From: Eledone cirrhosa
Taxonomy: Eukaryota
Reading direction: 5' to 3'
Length of the DNA stretch: 64,000 nucleotides
Assembly: GCA_964016885.1 (NCBI GenBank)
Contig: OZ024755.1
Location: 35,836,001 to 35,900,000, forward strand
Positions 60,795-64,000 of the stretch are shown piece by piece. Below the pieces are notes generated by a model. The model was given only the letters and a program-made list of their open reading frames with translations, was not told the DNA's origin and searched no databases. Position 1 is the stretch's first letter. Each line of letters opens with the position of its first letter. The position numbers and the translations under genes were made by a program.

Positions 60795-61541
60795 CCCTTT
60801 AGAATTTACATTACTCTATATTTACTATTGTATTTTCATGGTAAAGGCTTTATCTTACATAATTATCTCACATAATATTGAATCTATGAGATTTTGATGT
60901 TGTTTATTTTGAGAACAATACTTTAACATCAGCATGAGCCACAACATACAGCCGGTTTGAACAGAAAGAGGTGAGAGAATTCTGGGTGATGTGGTTGGTT
61001 TAACCCTTTAGAATTTACATTACGCTATATTTACTACTGTATTTTCACAGTAAAGTCTTTATTTTACAAAATTATCTCACATAATATCGAATCTACAAGA
61101 TGTTGATATTATTTATTTTGAGGGCGGTGGATTAGCAGTATCAGTAGAGGGTCGGACACCATGCTTTCCAGCATAGTTACGTCCCTTTACGATCTGAGTT
61201 CAAATCCCGCCGAGGTTGACTTTGCCTTTCATCCTTACGGGGTCGATAAAATAAAGTACCAGTAATGCACTGGGTAATTTGCTGGCCTTGTACCTAAAGT
61301 AGAAACAATTATTTATTTTGAGAACAATACCTTAACATCAGTACGAGCAGCCAGTTACAGCTGGTTTAAACAGAAAGAGGTGAGAGAGTTCTGGGTGGAT
61401 ATGGTTGGTTTAACACTTTAGAATTTACATTACTCTATATTTACTACTGTATTTTCACAGTAAAGTCTTTATTTTACAAAATTATCTCACATAATATCGA
61501 ATCTACGAGATGTTGATATGGTTGGTTTAATTGCTAAAGGG
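60795..61541 (+). mobile_element. Head-to-tail trimer of the TTAA-MITE
   Basis: Left ends at 60795, 61004 and 61414, each after TTAA; single right end TAAAGGG|TTAA (61542-61545). Confidence 0.85.
61123..61307 (+). mobile_element. ~185-bp tRNA-derived SINE with 15-bp TSD, inside the MITE
   Basis: ATTATTTATTTTGAG at 61108-61122 and 61308-61322. Confidence 0.9.
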
Positions 61542-62367
61542 TTAAATATTTATACTAACTACTGTTAGAAACTCTACAAGTTGGAGTTAAGTAAAGACTT
61601 ATTACAGAAATGCAATCTTTCTCTTTCCTCCTTCTCTTTTTTCTTTCCTTTTCTCTAACACAAACAATCAGAAATACATATACTGTTACAGCTTAAACTA
61701 CCGAATTACCAATGGAAATGTGAACCAGTTTGAAGAAGCCAAAAATGGTATAGCCTTCAGCTATTCCATTTCTTAATCATAAAATATTACAAATAATTCC
61801 AACTTTGGTCCACAGTAGCTTCTGGTTATATCTTTCAGATTTGAAAGTTGTAGAAATGTGAATGTGACCCAACATGACCTAGCTAAGTGAGACATTTAAT
61901 TCAATACTATACTTAACTTACTATCAAACTGGGAACGAAGTTCACAAGTTGTAAGTTCTACACCTACACTAATGCTTTGGAATGGTCATAATTCTACAAT
62001 TAAATAGATTATAAAGATATAGTCACGCTAAAATAATTGTTTCTACTTTTGGCACAATGCCAGCAATTACCCCAGTGCATTACTGCTACTTTATTATGGC
62101 TGAATTTGGTGGCTGTGGACGGTTAATATGTTAACCACTAGGTGGGGTTTTTTTTTGTAACTAAGTATACGCTGTTTTTATGACTGGATAATTGTATTGT
62201 AAGGCGGTGAATTAGCAGTCATGAAGATGTCGGGTAGAATGCCTTGTGGTATTCGTCCCACCTCATTGCACACTCTGCATTCAAATCCCGCTGTGGTCAA
62301 CTTTGTCTTTCATCCTTTTGAGCTTGATAAAAAAAGTACCAGTCCAGTATTGGGGTCCATTCTCCCT

Positions 62368-62490
62368 CAATACCTTAATGTAGATATGAACAATATCTTA
62401 ATGTAGATATGAGCGGCAGATTACAACTGGTTTTAACAGAAAGAGGTGAGAGAATTCAGGCCGGATACAGCCGGTTTAAATGCTAAAGGG
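62368..62490 (+). mobile_element. Right-end fragment of the TTAA-MITE
   Basis: CAGAAAGAGGTGAGAGAATTC...TTTAAATGCTAAAGGG|TTAA. Confidence 0.75.
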
Positions 62491-64000
62491 TTAATATAGC
62501 TAATATAGTGGTTTATAAAATTTGTTTAGAATTTTTTTTCATTGTCTTCTTTATTCTTAAAATGGTAACATTGAATGGCATTCAGTGTGTGCAAGTTCTC
62601 CAATAATTCTTCAAATTAACAACAGTGATGTAAGAAAGCTCACATTAAATATTGGTGACCTTTAGACAAGGCATTCATCTTGCAAGGTTATTTGTCACTC
62701 ACTCCTACTCTGTCTTTTACTGTTTCTCATCTCATATAATGTTAATTTCCAATGATAAACGATTTCTAGACAAGCTTTTAAATCTCTGCTAAATAAATAT
62801 CATGACTGCCATCCATAGCTCCGTTTGATTCTGTTTCCAGGAGGGGGGTTGGGGCGAAACAAAGAAATAATTTCTGGCCGATATTGATAATTCTATATCG
62901 AAATAGAATCTAAAGAAAAATACATCACATCTGCTACGTTAACTGTATGAAAAGTGGAAATATATAATATGTATATTTTGTGTATTAAATCTCTAGCGCT
63001 AAAGTAAGAAAGTTGGTCTTTACACTATTACAAGGAACAGTCTTCTAAAATAGAAACTTATTATTTTACATTATATCTTCTCTGTCTAACTCGCCGAGGT
63101 TAACTTTGCCTTTCATCCTTACGGGGTCGATAAAATAAAGTACCAGTAATGTACTGGGTAATTGCTGGCCTTGTGCCAAAAGTAGAAACGATTATATCTT
63201 CTCTGTCTATGATGCTGTGTGGTTTGGGGGCTTTTTTTTTATGAGCATTGTTCTTGAGCAAGACACTTTATTTCACATTGCTCCAGTTTACTCAGCTGTA
63301 GAAATGAGTTGTCACGCCACTGGTATCAAGCTGTATCGGCCATTGCCTTTCCCTTGGACAACATCATATACAGTGTATATACATTGTATATATATAATGT
63401 ATGTGTGTATATATATACATATATATATCATCATCACCACCGTTTAACGTCTATCTTCTACGCTAGCACGGGTTAGACAGGAATTGTCCCATTTGAGGCA
63501 AGATTGGTTGGGAGACAGTGTGTCGCCCGTATAGAACTGTTTCTGGCAGGTTTTCTACGGCTGGATGCCCTTCCTAACACCAACCACATTTACAGTGTGG
63601 ACTGGGCGCTTTTTACTGTGTTACCTACACAACCTCTTTAGTTTGGACTGGATGTTCTGTGGTACCAACATAACTTTACAGAGAAAGGGTGGTGTTGGTG
63701 GGAGTGAGTGGATGGGGGTAATGGCAGTGGGTTGGGGTGTATATTTGGTAAAAGGTACCTACTGACTGTAGGTAAACTTTGCATGTAGGGAAAGCGGAAT
63801 ATATATATATATATATATATATATGTTATCATGTCACTGGTGCCAAGCTGTATCAACCATTGCCTTTCCCTTAGACAACATCGGTAGTATGGACGGGGAA
63901 AAAGTGATATGCATGGCTGACTGGTGATCTTACCCCTGGGAGGGAGTCTTTTCCCTCATATTACATTCATAAAAAATATAAAGAAAGATTGAAAAAAGCT

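Overview
AT-rich, repeat-saturated eukaryotic DNA. The SINE families and (TA)n/(GAT)n tracts look octopod/cephalopod; this is recognition by eye, not a database result. No host protein-coding gene can be supported. The centrepiece is two near-identical, intact, full-length Tx1/L1-group LINEs (12259-17900 and 19190-24831, period 6931 bp). They sit in a 72-bp minisatellite that is an internal amplification of a ~200-bp piggyBac-like TTAA MITE. Monomer, trimer and amplified copies of that MITE occur elsewhere in the window, and one has visible empty sites proving the TTAA duplication. This LINE-in-tandem-repeat-in-TTAA-element nesting parallels Xenopus Tx1L/Tx1D. Most other minisatellites (48, 43, 61, 47, 79 bp and probably 40 bp) trace to segments of transposons present in the window. 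There is also a near-intact minimal hammerhead ribozyme of Penelope/retrozyme type (51466-51506, minus strand), fold-back hairpins, several inverted SINE/LINE pairs, a 5'-truncated open RTE with a PHD-like insert, and CR1, CRE, mariner and Tigger-like remnants. The long ORFs over the satellites are artefacts.
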